64,000 bases of DNA from Erysipelotrichaceae bacterium (GCA_017431405.1 JAFRLB010000077.1:21515-85514); one strand, 5' to 3'. Positions 19,494 through 29,469 are shown, counted from the stretch's first letter. Numbers and translations: made by a program. The notes: generated from the sequence alone by a model not told the origin.

Positions 19494-20804
19494 TTATAAC
19501 GCCTCCTTAATGATGCTGATCATTTCATCGATTTCGGCCTTGCTGTTCATTTCCGTGCAGCACCATAAAATGTTGTTGCTGATTGGTAAACCTGCCAGAT
19601 ATCCCTTTTCAGCCAGCTGCTGAACGATCTGGCGGCATTCTCTTGGACAGCTCATGTAGAACTCATTGAAGAATGGTTTGTCTGAAATAAGTTCAAAGCC
19701 CTTGATCTTACTTAACTCTGCAGCCAGATAATGAGCATTTGAAGCACTGTTTTTAGCCACCTGTCTGATGCCGTCAGGTCCCATGGCGGCACAGTATACA
19801 GAAGCAGTCATGGCACATAATGCTTCATTTGAGCAGATGTTGGAAGAGGCTTTTTCTCTTCTGATGTGCTGTTCTCTGGCCTGTAAGGTCAATACGAAAC
19901 ATCTGTTTCCCTTGGCATCCTTTGTCTGACCAACGATTCGGCCAGGCAGTTTTCTCATTAATTCCTTCTTACAGGTCATGATGCCCAGGTATGGACCGCC
20001 AAAGCTTAATGGCAAGCCTAAAGGCTGACCTTCAGCAACACAGATATCGGCATCAACTTCCTTAGCATTCTTTAATAATGCCAAGGCAATTGGGTTAGTT
20101 GAAAAGATTACCTTTGCCCCAGCATCATGTGAAATCCTGCTGATTTCTTCAACATCTTCTATGATGCCATAGAAGTTAGGTGACTGAACTAACACACCGG
20201 CAACATTTTCATTAAGTTTTTCCTTCAGGTCATCAAGATCCATGGCGAAGTCCTTACTCTTAACATAGATGATGTTAATGTTACGGCTTTCGCAATAGGT
20301 TTTGATTACCCCCATGGTTCCGATATTGATGCAGTCAGAAACAAGTACATCACTTCTCTTACGCTCTTGAACCATCATGATTGCTTCGGCAGCGGCTACT
20401 GCCCCATCATATACAGAAGCATTGGAAACATCCAGACCGGTCAGTTCACACATCTGAGTCTGGTATTCAAATATTGACTGTAAGATACCCTGAGATATTT
20501 CAGCCTGATATGGTGTGTAGCTTGTTAAGAATTCTTCCTTTGAAGTAACGCTCTTTACGATGGCTGGAATATAATGGTTATAAGCGCCAGCTCCTCTGAA
20601 AATATGCCTGTACACCGTATTCTTATCAGCCAGAGCCTTCATTTCCCTGATTACTTCCAGTTCACTCTTGCCCTCAGGAATGTTTAACTCCTTCAGCTTG
20701 GCTTCTTCAGGAACGGCAGCGTAAAGGTCATCCATTGACTTTAAGCCAATGGATTCCAACATTTCCTGCTGCTCCTGTTTAGTATTAACAACGTAACCGG
20801 ACAT
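19494..20804 (-). CDS. gcvPA: Glycine dehydrogenase (decarboxylating) subunit 1
   Basis: Start trimmed to MSGYVVNTKQEQQEMLESIGL. Has YTPYQAEISQG. Confidence 0.95.
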   Translation of the reverse strand: MSGYVVNTKQEQQEMLESIGLKSMDDLYAAVPEEAKLKELNIPEGKSELEVIREMKALADKNTVYRHIFRGAGAYNHYIPAIVKSVTSKEEFLTSYTPYQAEISQGILQSIFEYQTQMCELTGLDVSNASVYDGAVAAAEAIMMVQERKRSDVLVSDCINIGTMGVIKTYCESRNINIIYVKSKDFAMDLDDLKEKLNENVAGVLVQSPNFYGIIEDVEEISRISHDAGAKVIFSTNPIALALLKNAKEVDADICVAEGQPLGLPLSFGGPYLGIMTCKKELMRKLPGRIVGQTKDAKGNRCFVLTLQAREQHIRREKASSNICSNEALCAMTASVYCAAMGPDGIRQVAKNSASNAHYLAAELSKIKGFELISDKPFFNEFYMSCPRECRQIVQQLAEKGYLAGLPISNNILWCCTEMNSKAEIDEMISIIKEAL

Positions 20805-20805
20805 G

Positions 20806-21183
20806 TTATGCCTCGTTTGCACAGACTTCTTCGTATGCCTCAGCGTCTAACAGTTCCTCAGTTCCTGTAACATCTTCAACCTTGATCAGCCATGCGTTGT
20901 AGCAATCTTCATTGATCATGGCAGTATTTTCCAGTAACTCATCATTAACTGCTGCTACCTTGCCGGTAACTGGTGAATAGACATCGCTGACAGCCTTTAC
21001 TGACTCAACATCGCCGAATACTTCACCGGCTGTTACTTCATCACCTACTAACGGCAGATTAAGAAAGACGATGTCGCCCAATGCGTCCTGAGCAAAATCA
21101 GTCAGTCCTACAACGAACAGGCCATCTTCCTCTTTAACCCATTCATGAGTCTTAGTGTATTTCAATTCCTTTGGATTATTCAT
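20806..21183 (-). CDS. gcvH: Glycine cleavage system H protein
   Basis: 125 aa. Lipoyl-lysine motif ESVKAVSDVYSP. Confidence 0.95.
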   Translation of the reverse strand: MNNPKELKYTKTHEWVKEEDGLFVVGLTDFAQDALGDIVFLNLPLVGDEVTAGEVFGDVESVKAVSDVYSPVTGKVAAVNDELLENTAMINEDCYNAWLIKVEDVTGTEELLDAEAYEEVCANEA

Positions 21184-21205
21184 ATTCTTCTCCTCTCCTC
21201 TGTTT

Positions 21206-22294
21206 CTATTTCTTTCTGCTGTAGAACGGTAATGCGATGACTTCAGACTTGATCATGCGTCCTCTGACATCTACCTCTACAACAGTTCCTAACTCTTCAT
21301 ATTTCCTGTCAATTAAAGCCATGGCTACGGCCTTGCCTAAGTATGGACAATGGGTGCCGCTGGTAGTATGGCCAATCTTTTCACCATTAACATAAATGTC
21401 CTGATGTTCTCTTAAGATACCTCTGTCAATTGGCTGTAAACCAACTCTGCAGATCTTTGGTTCGCCTCTCTGTAACAGTGCTTCCTTACCGATGAATTCT
21501 TCCTTATTCATCTTTACGCCGAAGTTAAGTCCTGTTTCAAGCGGTGAAATTTCATCATCCATTTCATGACCGTATAACGGCATTGAAGCTTCAAGTCTTA
21601 AGGTATCTCTGGCTCCTAAGCCGCAAGGTATCAAGCCAAACTCTTCGCCTGCTTCTCTTAAGGTCTTCCATAACTTTTCAGCATTTTCCTTGGCTGTATA
21701 GATCTCATATCCTGCCTCACCTGTATAACCGGTAAAGGAAATGATGCAATCCATGCCGTTAATGTTGACACTCTCAATTGCCGTATAGTTCTTCATTGGA
21801 ATGCATTCCTCAGGCAACAGTTTCTTCATGATGTCTATTGCTCTTGGACCCTGTAAGGCAACCTGAGCCAGACTGTCAGAAATGTCTTCAATTACGGTAC
21901 CTGGAAGAATGTTCTTCTTCATGTGTTCAAAGTCCTTATGTCTGTTAGAAGCATTGACTACAACAAAGTAATAGTCATCCGCGAACTTATAGACGATTAA
22001 GTCATCAACACATCCGCCGTTTTCATTGCACATTACTGAATATCTGACTCTGCCGATATTCATGTTGGTAAAGTCATTGGTCAGAATGTGATTTAAGGAA
22101 GCCAGGGCGGTTTCTCCCCTGAAGGTTATTTCTCCCATGTGGGATACATCAAAAAGCCCGCAGGCTTCTCTGACAGCCATGTGTTCCTTGATTACACCGG
22201 TAGCGTACTGTACCGGTAACAGGTAACCGGCAAAAGGTACGATCTTACCTCCTTCAGCCACATGGACATCATATAACGGTGTCTTTAGTTCCAT
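21206..22294 (-). CDS. gcvT: Aminomethyltransferase (T-protein)
   Basis: 362 aa, LFDVSHMGE motif. First gene after the glycine riboswitch. Confidence 0.95.
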   Translation of the reverse strand: MELKTPLYDVHVAEGGKIVPFAGYLLPVQYATGVIKEHMAVREACGLFDVSHMGEITFRGETALASLNHILTNDFTNMNIGRVRYSVMCNENGGCVDDLIVYKFADDYYFVVVNASNRHKDFEHMKKNILPGTVIEDISDSLAQVALQGPRAIDIMKKLLPEECIPMKNYTAIESVNINGMDCIISFTGYTGEAGYEIYTAKENAEKLWKTLREAGEEFGLIPCGLGARDTLRLEASMPLYGHEMDDEISPLETGLNFGVKMNKEEFIGKEALLQRGEPKICRVGLQPIDRGILREHQDIYVNGEKIGHTTSGTHCPYLGKAVAMALIDRKYEELGTVVEVDVRGRMIKSEVIALPFYSRKK

Positions 22295-22310
22295 AAATAT
22301 TCTCTCCTAT

Positions 22311-22343
22311 TAAAAACAGAGGCAGTTAAAAATCCTGCCTCTG
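22311..22343 (-). terminator. Riboswitch expression-platform terminator
   Basis: Minus strand CAGAGGCAG-GATTTTTAA-CTGCCTCTG followed by TTTTT. The 5' arm overlaps the 3' strand of aptamer-2 P1. Confidence 0.75.
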
Positions 22344-22490
22344 TATCTTACCTGAAAGATTCTCCCTGTTAGGGATTGCTTCTTTGGTGCTTACGCTCTC
22401 CAGAGTTTGTCCAAAACCGGTTCTTTTGCCTGAGAGTTCTTGCTTGCCCCTTCGGCTCTGAATTAAATCAGTCTCTCCCGGTTTCTTCAG
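22330..22490 (-). promoter_or_regulatory. Tandem glycine riboswitch (two aptamers)
   Basis: Aptamer 1 on the minus strand: CCGGGAGAGAC...GCCGAAGGGGCAA...CTCAGGCAAAAGAACCGG. Aptamer 2 on the minus strand: CTCTGGAGAGCG...CACCAAAGAAGCAA...CAGGGAGA...CAGAG. Confidence 0.8.
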
Positions 22491-22513
22491 CCATTATTCT
22501 GTTTTCTACGAAT

Positions 22514-22542
22514 ATTCTAGCATTTTGACTTCTCGATAACAA
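22514..22542 (-). promoter_or_regulatory. Candidate sigma-A promoter of the riboswitch-gcv operon
   Basis: Minus strand TTGTTA, 17 nt spacer, then TGC-TAGAAT (extended -10). Confidence 0.45.
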
Positions 22543-22551
22543 TTGAAGAAA

Positions 22552-23484
22552 TCACTGTTTTTCGTAGGCCTCAATGATTTTCTGAACCAATGGATGTCTG
22601 ACGACATCTTTTCTGCTCATTTCGATGATGGCTATTTCATCAATGTCCTTAACTATGCTTATGGCCTTTACCAGGCCTGATGGCTTACTTGCCGGTAAGT
22701 CAACCTGAGTTACGTCACCGGTAATGATCATCTTGGAATTAAAGCCAAGTCTGGTCATGAACATCTTTATCTGCATGCCGGTCGTATTCTGCGCTTCATC
22801 AAGAATTACAACGGCATCATTAAGAGTTCTGCCTCGCATGTAGGCCAAAGGTGCTACTTCAATTACACCCTTTTCCATCATTTTCTCAACATTTGCCTGA
22901 CCGAATATTTCGGCAAATGAATCATAGATTGGAATCAGATACGGGTCTACCTTTTCCTTTAAGTCGCCAGGTAAGAAACCTAGTGATTCCCCTGCTTCAA
23001 CAACAGGTCTGGTTACAATAATCTTTCTTATCAAGCCCTGTTTCAATAAGTTACTGGCGTATACTACGGCTAAGAATGTCTTGCCGGTACCGGCTGGGCC
23101 GGTAACGATGGTAATGTCATGTTTTTCAAAGGCCTCGTAAAGTGTCTTCTGACCTTTGGTTCTTAAATAAAAACTTCTGGACCCATAGCCGTTAGCTATC
23201 GGCTTCTTATAAAAAGAACTGGTTGAACCATTATTTAACAATGTGACAACATCTTCAGTGGCAATGTGCTTCTTTGACTTATAGATCTCTACCATTTCCC
23301 TGAAGATGTTTTCTGCTTCAGCCTTCTTACTTTCATCGGTAACAAAGACCTGATTGTCTTCAACACCAAGCTGGCATTTCAGACTCTCCGCAATCAGTTT
23401 CAGATTACCATCACCATTACCGAACACGTTCATGATGGTATCCACATCGTAATTATTCAGTTCCCAGACAATGTATTTTTCCAA
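22552..23484 (-). CDS. phoH: PhoH family ATPase
   Basis: 310 aa with Walker A GPAGTGKT. This is the conserved partner of ybeY in Firmicutes. Confidence 0.9.
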   Translation of the reverse strand: MEKYIVWELNNYDVDTIMNVFGNGDGNLKLIAESLKCQLGVEDNQVFVTDESKKAEAENIFREMVEIYKSKKHIATEDVVTLLNNGSTSSFYKKPIANGYGSRSFYLRTKGQKTLYEAFEKHDITIVTGPAGTGKTFLAVVYASNLLKQGLIRKIIVTRPVVEAGESLGFLPGDLKEKVDPYLIPIYDSFAEIFGQANVEKMMEKGVIEVAPLAYMRGRTLNDAVVILDEAQNTTGMQIKMFMTRLGFNSKMIITGDVTQVDLPASKPSGLVKAISIVKDIDEIAIIEMSRKDVVRHPLVQKIIEAYEKQ

Positions 23485-23524
23485 TTATTAATCCCTCACT
23501 CTTTTCTATTATTATAGCACCTTG

Positions 23525-24337
23525 TCAGTCAAAGTAGTAACTGAACCTGTTTCTTTGATATTTCAGAATGCTAATCACCCTGTCTCTCAGTTTTTTTTCA
23601 TAAATAACAGCTGATTGAACTACACTTTCAATTTCTTCTTCAGAGAATGAAAAAGTCATATTTAAACCATATAACTCCTCAAAAGCATCCAGTTGTTTTT
23701 CAAAGCTTTCGTCAAACGATTTTGATTTCACTGATCTGCATGCTGAACCGATATCAATATCACATGGATATGAATACATCATGTCTGATAGTAGTGCTGC
23801 TCCATTATCAAAGACAGGTGCAAATCTATATTGTTCAGTCACCCTGTTTCTTATTAGTGCTATGTTATGAAAATGTCTGTCATCATTCAGAAACATTGCG
23901 TCAATGACGATAATTTTTGACAGATACTCCCCTAAGCCGTCAAAGCCACACAGTGTTTGAAAAATATCTACTGTTTTTCTGACTCTTTCCTTAACTGTAC
24001 TGATTTGCGAAATATAACTGGTAAGCGATTCACCAGCATATAGTTGGAATAGTCTTTCCAGAGTAATCAGTTCTTCATCAGGGCTAAGAAAACTAATGCT
24101 TTTGCATCCATTGAAAACAATATTACCTATTTTAAGTTTTTCCAGCTGATAATCAACGTATTCATCACTTTTTAAAGAAGAGTGTTTTAATAACTCAGCA
24201 ATGACATATTCACTAAGTCCTTCATAACCCAATGCATCAGCTTTATACCATACATCATCTTCAACCCATTTAAACTGATTTCCCCTGCTTGAGTGGTTAT
24301 AAAACCGCTTTGAAGCATCACTGAACTGCTTAGTCAT
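23525..24337 (-). CDS. Short HipA-like Ser/Thr kinase (C-terminal kinase core only)
   Basis: Start trimmed to MTKQFSDASK after the RBS AGGAGAAAGA. Catalytic-loop-like LNDDRHFHNIALI and Mg-site-like FAPVFDNGAALL. Confidence 0.7.
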   Translation of the reverse strand: MTKQFSDASKRFYNHSSRGNQFKWVEDDVWYKADALGYEGLSEYVIAELLKHSSLKSDEYVDYQLEKLKIGNIVFNGCKSISFLSPDEELITLERLFQLYAGESLTSYISQISTVKERVRKTVDIFQTLCGFDGLGEYLSKIIVIDAMFLNDDRHFHNIALIRNRVTEQYRFAPVFDNGAALLSDMMYSYPCDIDIGSACRSVKSKSFDESFEKQLDAFEELYGLNMTFSFSEEEIESVVQSAVIYEKKLRDRVISILKYQRNRFSYYFD

Positions 24338-24884
24338 TCTTTCTCCTCTCAATAACGAGTCTGTAGCTGTCTCCTTCCATGCGTCCTCCAGTTTGAGCAA
24401 TTATGCTATAAACATCATAAAACGGTAATTCTCTTAAACTTAATTCCAGTTTCAGCTTATCCCTTTCATTTGGGAAACAGCGGCTCTTCAGAAAGTTCTC
24501 ATAATCTTCAAATGAAACATTTGTCTTATTGCCAAATGCTCTTCTTACTATTTCATCAGTATAATTCTTTATTTTTATCTTTCTGTTTAATTCATCAACA
24601 TCAATTACCGTAGTGACAGTATTACCATCAAGGTAGTATAACCTTAAAGGATAAACCAGCTCAGGAAGCTCATATTTAATAAGTAATTCAGAATTATCTT
24701 TTAATGTGTTTAATAAAACAGCAGCTGCCCCCATAACAGGAAGATCACTCTGTTCCCACTTTTCTATCGTTTTAACTGAACAGCCCACAATTCCGGCAAG
24801 TTCTGGTCTGGTAAGCTGATACTTTTTTCTGAAGTTTCTTATATCCGCACTGCTAATAGTCTTGGTAAAAGTATATTCTTTCAT
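24330..24884 (-). CDS. XRE-family HTH protein with a C-terminal HipA-N/HipS-like domain (putative antitoxin)
   Basis: 184 aa. HTH is LTRPELAGIVGCSVKTIEKWEQ. The tail FLKSRCFPNERDKLKLELSLRELPFYDVYSIIAQTGGRMEGDSYRL resembles the HipA N-terminal subdomain. Overlaps the kinase start by 8 nt. Confidence 0.65.
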   Translation of the reverse strand: MKEYTFTKTISSADIRNFRKKYQLTRPELAGIVGCSVKTIEKWEQSDLPVMGAAAVLLNTLKDNSELLIKYELPELVYPLRLYYLDGNTVTTVIDVDELNRKIKIKNYTDEIVRRAFGNKTNVSFEDYENFLKSRCFPNERDKLKLELSLRELPFYDVYSIIAQTGGRMEGDSYRLVIERRKND

Positions 24885-24971
24885 ATCATATCACCTTCTA
24901 AAGTTATTAAACTATATTTTAGTGATTTATACAATATACTTTACTATTTTTTAGGTGTTTATCATTCATGG

Positions 24972-24999
24972 CATAAATAAAACCGCATTTCTGCGGTTT
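24972..24999 (-). terminator. Intrinsic terminator after rpsU
   Basis: Minus strand AAACCGCA-GAAA-TGCGGTTT followed by TATTTAT. Confidence 0.7.
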
Positions 25000-25005
25000 C
25001 ATTAA

Positions 25006-25182
25006 CTATTTCTTTCTAGCTTTACGTGCAGCCTCGGATTTCAGTTTTCTACGAACGCCTGGTTTTACGTAATATTCTCTTTTGCGAGCTTCAGCAAGGG
25101 TACCATTACGACTAACTTGTCTTTTGAAACGACGTAATGCATCATCCAAAACTTCGTTCTCCTTAAGAACTACTTTTGCCAT
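25006..25182 (-). CDS. rpsU: 30S ribosomal protein S21
   Basis: Manual translation gives [58 protein letters not shown] (58 aa). It is below the ORF-track length cutoff. RBS GGGAGGG lies upstream. Confidence 0.9.
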   Translation of the reverse strand: MAKVVLKENEVLDDALRRFKRQVSRNGTLAEARKREYYVKPGVRRKLKSEAARKARKK

Positions 25183-25299
25183 TCTTCTAACCCTCCCTTC
25201 TGAAACTAGCTTTAAACCGATATTTATTTTATACTAATGCCCCTTTAATTGCAATATCATTTCGCCCGATTATGTGAAAATTGTGGGCACTTTAATTAG

Positions 25300-27213
25300 C
25301 TAGAGTGCAGAAATCAGATTCAGTTCTTCCAGAAGTCTGATCAGTGCGGCAGCTGACTTGGTTACATCCTTGCCGCATTCAATATTACATCTTCTGATGA
25401 TTTCATTTTCACTGCGCTTACCGTCAATATAGTTTATGACTTTGTCCTGAATATCGAATAAGGCAAACATGTCATTGCCCATTACCTTTTGGAATTCTTC
25501 AAGCTGTTTCTTATAGCCTAAAGCTTCATAGTCGCTGAACTGCTGAATAGGTCCTACAAAGTTACGCTTATAGACTGTTTCATAGCCTTCAGTCTGTGGA
25601 TATTCATCCTTTAAGTCATATAATCTGATCCAGTTATCAAACATGTCGGAAACATGCTGCTTCTGACTGCTTGTATCGTAATCACCGACAAGCTTTGTGA
25701 CAGTGTCGCAACATGAAATGAAGTAATCCTTCATGATGAACATTAATGAACCGAAGGTTGCCTTATCGATCTTGCCGTTCAGATATGCAGAAGTTGCCTT
25801 GAACTTGTCAGCCAGAATGTTTTCTTCCTGCTTGTTGAACAGATATGGCACATCTTCTTTCTTGATGTTAGCCAAGTTCCAGGCAAAGTTGATGGCTGTA
25901 AGACATGAGAACTTCAATACCTGAGGATCAATGACATCTAATGTATCAGTAGCGGTGTGGTAGTTTAAGTCCGGCCACTGGCCCAGCATGCAACAAGGAA
26001 TATTAATTGTAGGATCACAATATACCGTATGGTCACTGCCGCCACTGTGTGGTTCAACACGGTGATTGGTTAATGATACTGGATCATCGGCTAAGGAATA
26101 AGCTTCCTTACCGGCTTCATCCATTGCCAGCATGCACATTTCATTATTCATTGAAGGTGTTGAGTAAGGTGTCTTGGTCAGGGTGATCGGACCATAGAAA
26201 CGGGTCTGCTTGCCACCTACCATGTCCAGATTCATTGCCCCTAAGCCCTTTGCATATTCATTATGATCGCTCAAGTAGGCAAAGGTACCGGTAAACTCAG
26301 GAATTAAGGTCAGCTTGATGGTATGCTGAGGCTGTTCAATTTTTCCTTCCTTAATTAATGTATTCATGACATTCATGGCTTCAATGGTAGCTGATACGCC
26401 AGACGCATTGTCATTGCATGAGCTTCTTGGATGACATAAGTGAGCAGAAAGATAAACCGTCTTATCATCCTTACCGTTAATGGTTACTTCAACTATTTCA
26501 ATGTGGCCATTGTATAGGGCAGAATCAATGTATGGTTTAACCTTAAGATAGACTTTTTCCTCATTCCATTTTTTACGGCACATTTCGGCTAACTGATCAC
26601 CCATCTTTGGTGATAATACAAAGCCTCTGGCTTCAGGTTCGCCAGCTACATGAGTATGCCAGTATGAAGTATAGGTAAGTGAATTGTACAGATCACTTCT
26701 CTTACGGCTCTTGGTTTCCATGATGTAGTCAGTAACTACACCAAGAGCACCCTTTTCATATACCCAGTTGTACTGTCTGATGTGACCTCTGATGAAGACA
26801 AACTTACCATTCAGATCTACATCAGCATAATCATCCTTATTACTGCCCTTATCAAGCAAAACCAGATCAACCGGTTCATTTCTCTTATCTATTGGATAGC
26901 TCTTTTGAATTACGGAAATAGCTTCAGCTGAATAATCAGCTAATCTCATCTCTGGATCAACCAAGTCTAAGGTAGCTTCCTTAACAGACCATTCCTTAAA
27001 CATCTTGCTCTGTAAGTACCAGACATCAGGATCTGCCTCATATGACAGAATCTTAGCGTCCAAGCCATACTTCTGGCATAGCTTAAGAACATGATTGGCA
27101 GCTTCACGATACATTGGTGAAGCCTGAATACGATGATAGTTAGATACTTCCTTGACTACGTTTAATAGTCTCTTTTCCGAAACAGCATTTTTGAAAATCA
27201 ATGAATCCTGCAT
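25300..27213 (-). CDS. M28-like metallopeptidase / DUF4910-type aminopeptidase-like protein with a C-terminal winged-helix-like tail
   Basis: 637 aa with the motif HLCHPRSSCNDNASGVS, which is characteristic of this family. Confidence 0.55.
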   Translation of the reverse strand: MQDSLIFKNAVSEKRLLNVVKEVSNYHRIQASPMYREAANHVLKLCQKYGLDAKILSYEADPDVWYLQSKMFKEWSVKEATLDLVDPEMRLADYSAEAISVIQKSYPIDKRNEPVDLVLLDKGSNKDDYADVDLNGKFVFIRGHIRQYNWVYEKGALGVVTDYIMETKSRKRSDLYNSLTYTSYWHTHVAGEPEARGFVLSPKMGDQLAEMCRKKWNEEKVYLKVKPYIDSALYNGHIEIVEVTINGKDDKTVYLSAHLCHPRSSCNDNASGVSATIEAMNVMNTLIKEGKIEQPQHTIKLTLIPEFTGTFAYLSDHNEYAKGLGAMNLDMVGGKQTRFYGPITLTKTPYSTPSMNNEMCMLAMDEAGKEAYSLADDPVSLTNHRVEPHSGGSDHTVYCDPTINIPCCMLGQWPDLNYHTATDTLDVIDPQVLKFSCLTAINFAWNLANIKKEDVPYLFNKQEENILADKFKATSAYLNGKIDKATFGSLMFIMKDYFISCCDTVTKLVGDYDTSSQKQHVSDMFDNWIRLYDLKDEYPQTEGYETVYKRNFVGPIQQFSDYEALGYKKQLEEFQKVMGNDMFALFDIQDKVINYIDGKRSENEIIRRCNIECGKDVTKSAAALIRLLEELNLISAL

Positions 27214-27320
27214 GTGAGTTCTCCTTTTCTATTGTGGTTGGTATTATTGTTAACATTGTAACATTTTTGAATCATATGTGTTAAATAACGCTCCAGGAGA
27301 CATAATTACAGAAGAAAGCA

Positions 27321-27349
27321 TAAAAAAAGTCTTTTCAGCTGAAAAGACT
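27321..27349 (-). terminator. Intrinsic terminator after deoC
   Basis: Minus strand AGTCTTTTCAGCTGAAAAGACT followed by T7. Confidence 0.8.
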
Positions 27350-27355
27350 ATCATG

Positions 27356-28009
27356 TTATTTCTTACTTCCCTCAATAATGGCGATACCGGCACTGCAGCC
27401 TAGTCTTGAAGCACCAGCTTCAATCATCTTCTTGGCATCTTCATAAGTTCTGATGCCGCCAGCTGCCTTGACTAATAAGCCTGTACCCTTAACGGCTTCA
27501 GCCATTAATCTTACATCGTGTTCATTGGCGCCAGCTGTTGAGAAACCGGTTGAAGTCTTAACGAATGTTGCTCCGGCTGCTACGGCACACTTACATGCCT
27601 GTACCTTTTCTTCATCAGTTAAAAGACATGTTTCGATGATGACCTTTACAGTCTTGCCTGCTGCGGCGTTTACTACTGCGGCAATGTCATCTGTTACGTA
27701 ATCAGTATTGCCTTCCTTTAAGGCTCCGATGTTGATTACCATGTCAAACTCATCTGCCCCATTTCCCAAGGCTTCCTTGGTTTCGTAAGCCTTACTTACA
27801 GAATCCATGGCACCCAATGGGAAACCAATGACGGTACATACCTTTACGTCAGTATCCTTTAACAGACTCTTACAATATGCTACATAACAGCTGTTAACAC
27901 AGACACTGGCAAAATCATTTTCCTTAGCTTCGCCGCAGAGCTTTGCGATCTGAGCTCTTGTGGCATCAGCCTTTAATAATGTGTGGTCAATATATTTACT
28001 CAGTTTCAT
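27356..28009 (-). CDS. deoC: Deoxyribose-phosphate aldolase
   Basis: 217 aa, IDHTLLK...VCV...FVKTSTGF (Schiff-base Lys). Confidence 0.9.
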   Translation of the reverse strand: MKLSKYIDHTLLKADATRAQIAKLCGEAKENDFASVCVNSCYVAYCKSLLKDTDVKVCTVIGFPLGAMDSVSKAYETKEALGNGADEFDMVINIGALKEGNTDYVTDDIAAVVNAAAGKTVKVIIETCLLTDEEKVQACKCAVAAGATFVKTSTGFSTAGANEHDVRLMAEAVKGTGLLVKAAGGIRTYEDAKKMIEAGASRLGCSAGIAIIEGSKK

Positions 28010-29469
28010 TATTTCAGATCTCCTTCGTCATATATTTCGTGAATTGCCTTGATGGCGGCATCCCTGTCACTGACACACGGTGTTCTGCCATCCTGGAAAT
28101 AATAGTACTCTTCATCACCCTTACCAAGTAACATTACGGTATCACCAGGGTTAGCCAGTTCAATGGCCTGTCTTACGGCCTGTTCTCTGTCCTTCATGAA
28201 CATGCAGACGGCCTTTGACATGCCCTTTCTGATGTCTTCAGCGATCTTGGCTGGATCTTCCCATCTAGGATCATCTGTTGTTAAGATGACAACGTCACTG
28301 TTTTCATCAGCGATCTGGCCCATGATAGGTCTCTTCTTGGTATCTCTTGCTCCTGCACAACCAAAGATGGTAATGATTCTGTTGCCCTTCTTGGTAACGG
28401 CCTTGGCAAATTCAAATACCTTTTCAAAGGCATCAGGTGTATGAGCATAGTCAACTAAGACATTGAACTTCTGACCTTCGTTGATGGTTTCCATTCTGCC
28501 CAATACTCTTGGCATTGTTCTTAATAATGGAATGAACTGGTCAAATTCATAACCTGCTTCATGCATGAAGCCGATTACGTTTAATAAGTTGTAAACATTG
28601 AGCATGGCAATTAAGTTTGTCCATACCGGATATCTCGTGCCATCATATACCAGATTGAATTCGGTATGATCAGCGAACAACCTTACATTAGTTGCTCTGT
28701 AGGTTGCCGGCTGGTTTACGGCATATGATACTACAGGTATGGTAGCTTCGTTCATTAATCTGGCACCATATGGATCATCAATGTTGACGATGCCGATACG
28801 GTTATCAATACTGCTCTTTAAGAACAGTTTCTTCTTGGCATTGAAGTAGTTTTCATAGTTACCGTGGTAGTCCAGATGGTCATGGGTCAGGTTGGTATAG
28901 CTGACGTAGTCAAAGGCTACAGAATCAACTCTGTGTTCTTCCAGACCAATTGAGCTTACTTCCATGGCTACAGCCTTACAGCCTCTGTCATACATGTCCT
29001 TGCATGTCTTGTGTAATAAAACTGTATCAGGTGTAGTAAGCGGGTTTTCACTGATCTCTTCTGTATCTTCCAGAATTCCCAAGGTACCGATGTAGCCGCA
29101 TGGTACAAACTGGTGAACCAGATATCTGGTCATCCAGGCAATTGAACTCTTGCCATTTGTTCCGGTAACACCAAATACTGTCATCTTCTTTGTTACATCA
29201 CCATAGAAGGCAGCGGTAAATTCATTTAAGGCCTTAATGGTATCTTCTACCATTAAGTAAGTAACACCTGGAACATAATTTTCCAATTGTTTAGAGTGAA
29301 CAATGCAGATGGCCCCATTGCTGATGGCCTGATCGACGAAATCATGACCGTCATGAACCATGCCCGGAATACAGAAAAAGATGCCGTTTTCGCATTTCTT
29401 TCTGGAATCTGTCATTACTGTCTCAACATTGAGATCAGGTGCATTTTCAAACATTTCTGCTATATTCAT
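28009..29469 (-). CDS. murE: UDP-N-acetylmuramoyl-L-alanyl-D-glutamate--diamino acid ligase MurE
   Basis: 486 aa. Motifs [15 protein letters not shown] and [10 protein letters not shown]. Confidence 0.9.
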   Translation of the reverse strand: MNIAEMFENAPDLNVETVMTDSRKKCENGIFFCIPGMVHDGHDFVDQAISNGAICIVHSKQLENYVPGVTYLMVEDTIKALNEFTAAFYGDVTKKMTVFGVTGTNGKSSIAWMTRYLVHQFVPCGYIGTLGILEDTEEISENPLTTPDTVLLHKTCKDMYDRGCKAVAMEVSSIGLEEHRVDSVAFDYVSYTNLTHDHLDYHGNYENYFNAKKKLFLKSSIDNRIGIVNIDDPYGARLMNEATIPVVSYAVNQPATYRATNVRLFADHTEFNLVYDGTRYPVWTNLIAMLNVYNLLNVIGFMHEAGYEFDQFIPLLRTMPRVLGRMETINEGQKFNVLVDYAHTPDAFEKVFEFAKAVTKKGNRIITIFGCAGARDTKKRPIMGQIADENSDVVILTTDDPRWEDPAKIAEDIRKGMSKAVCMFMKDREQAVRQAIELANPGDTVMLLGKGDEEYYYFQDGRTPCVSDRDAAIKAIHEIYDEGDLK

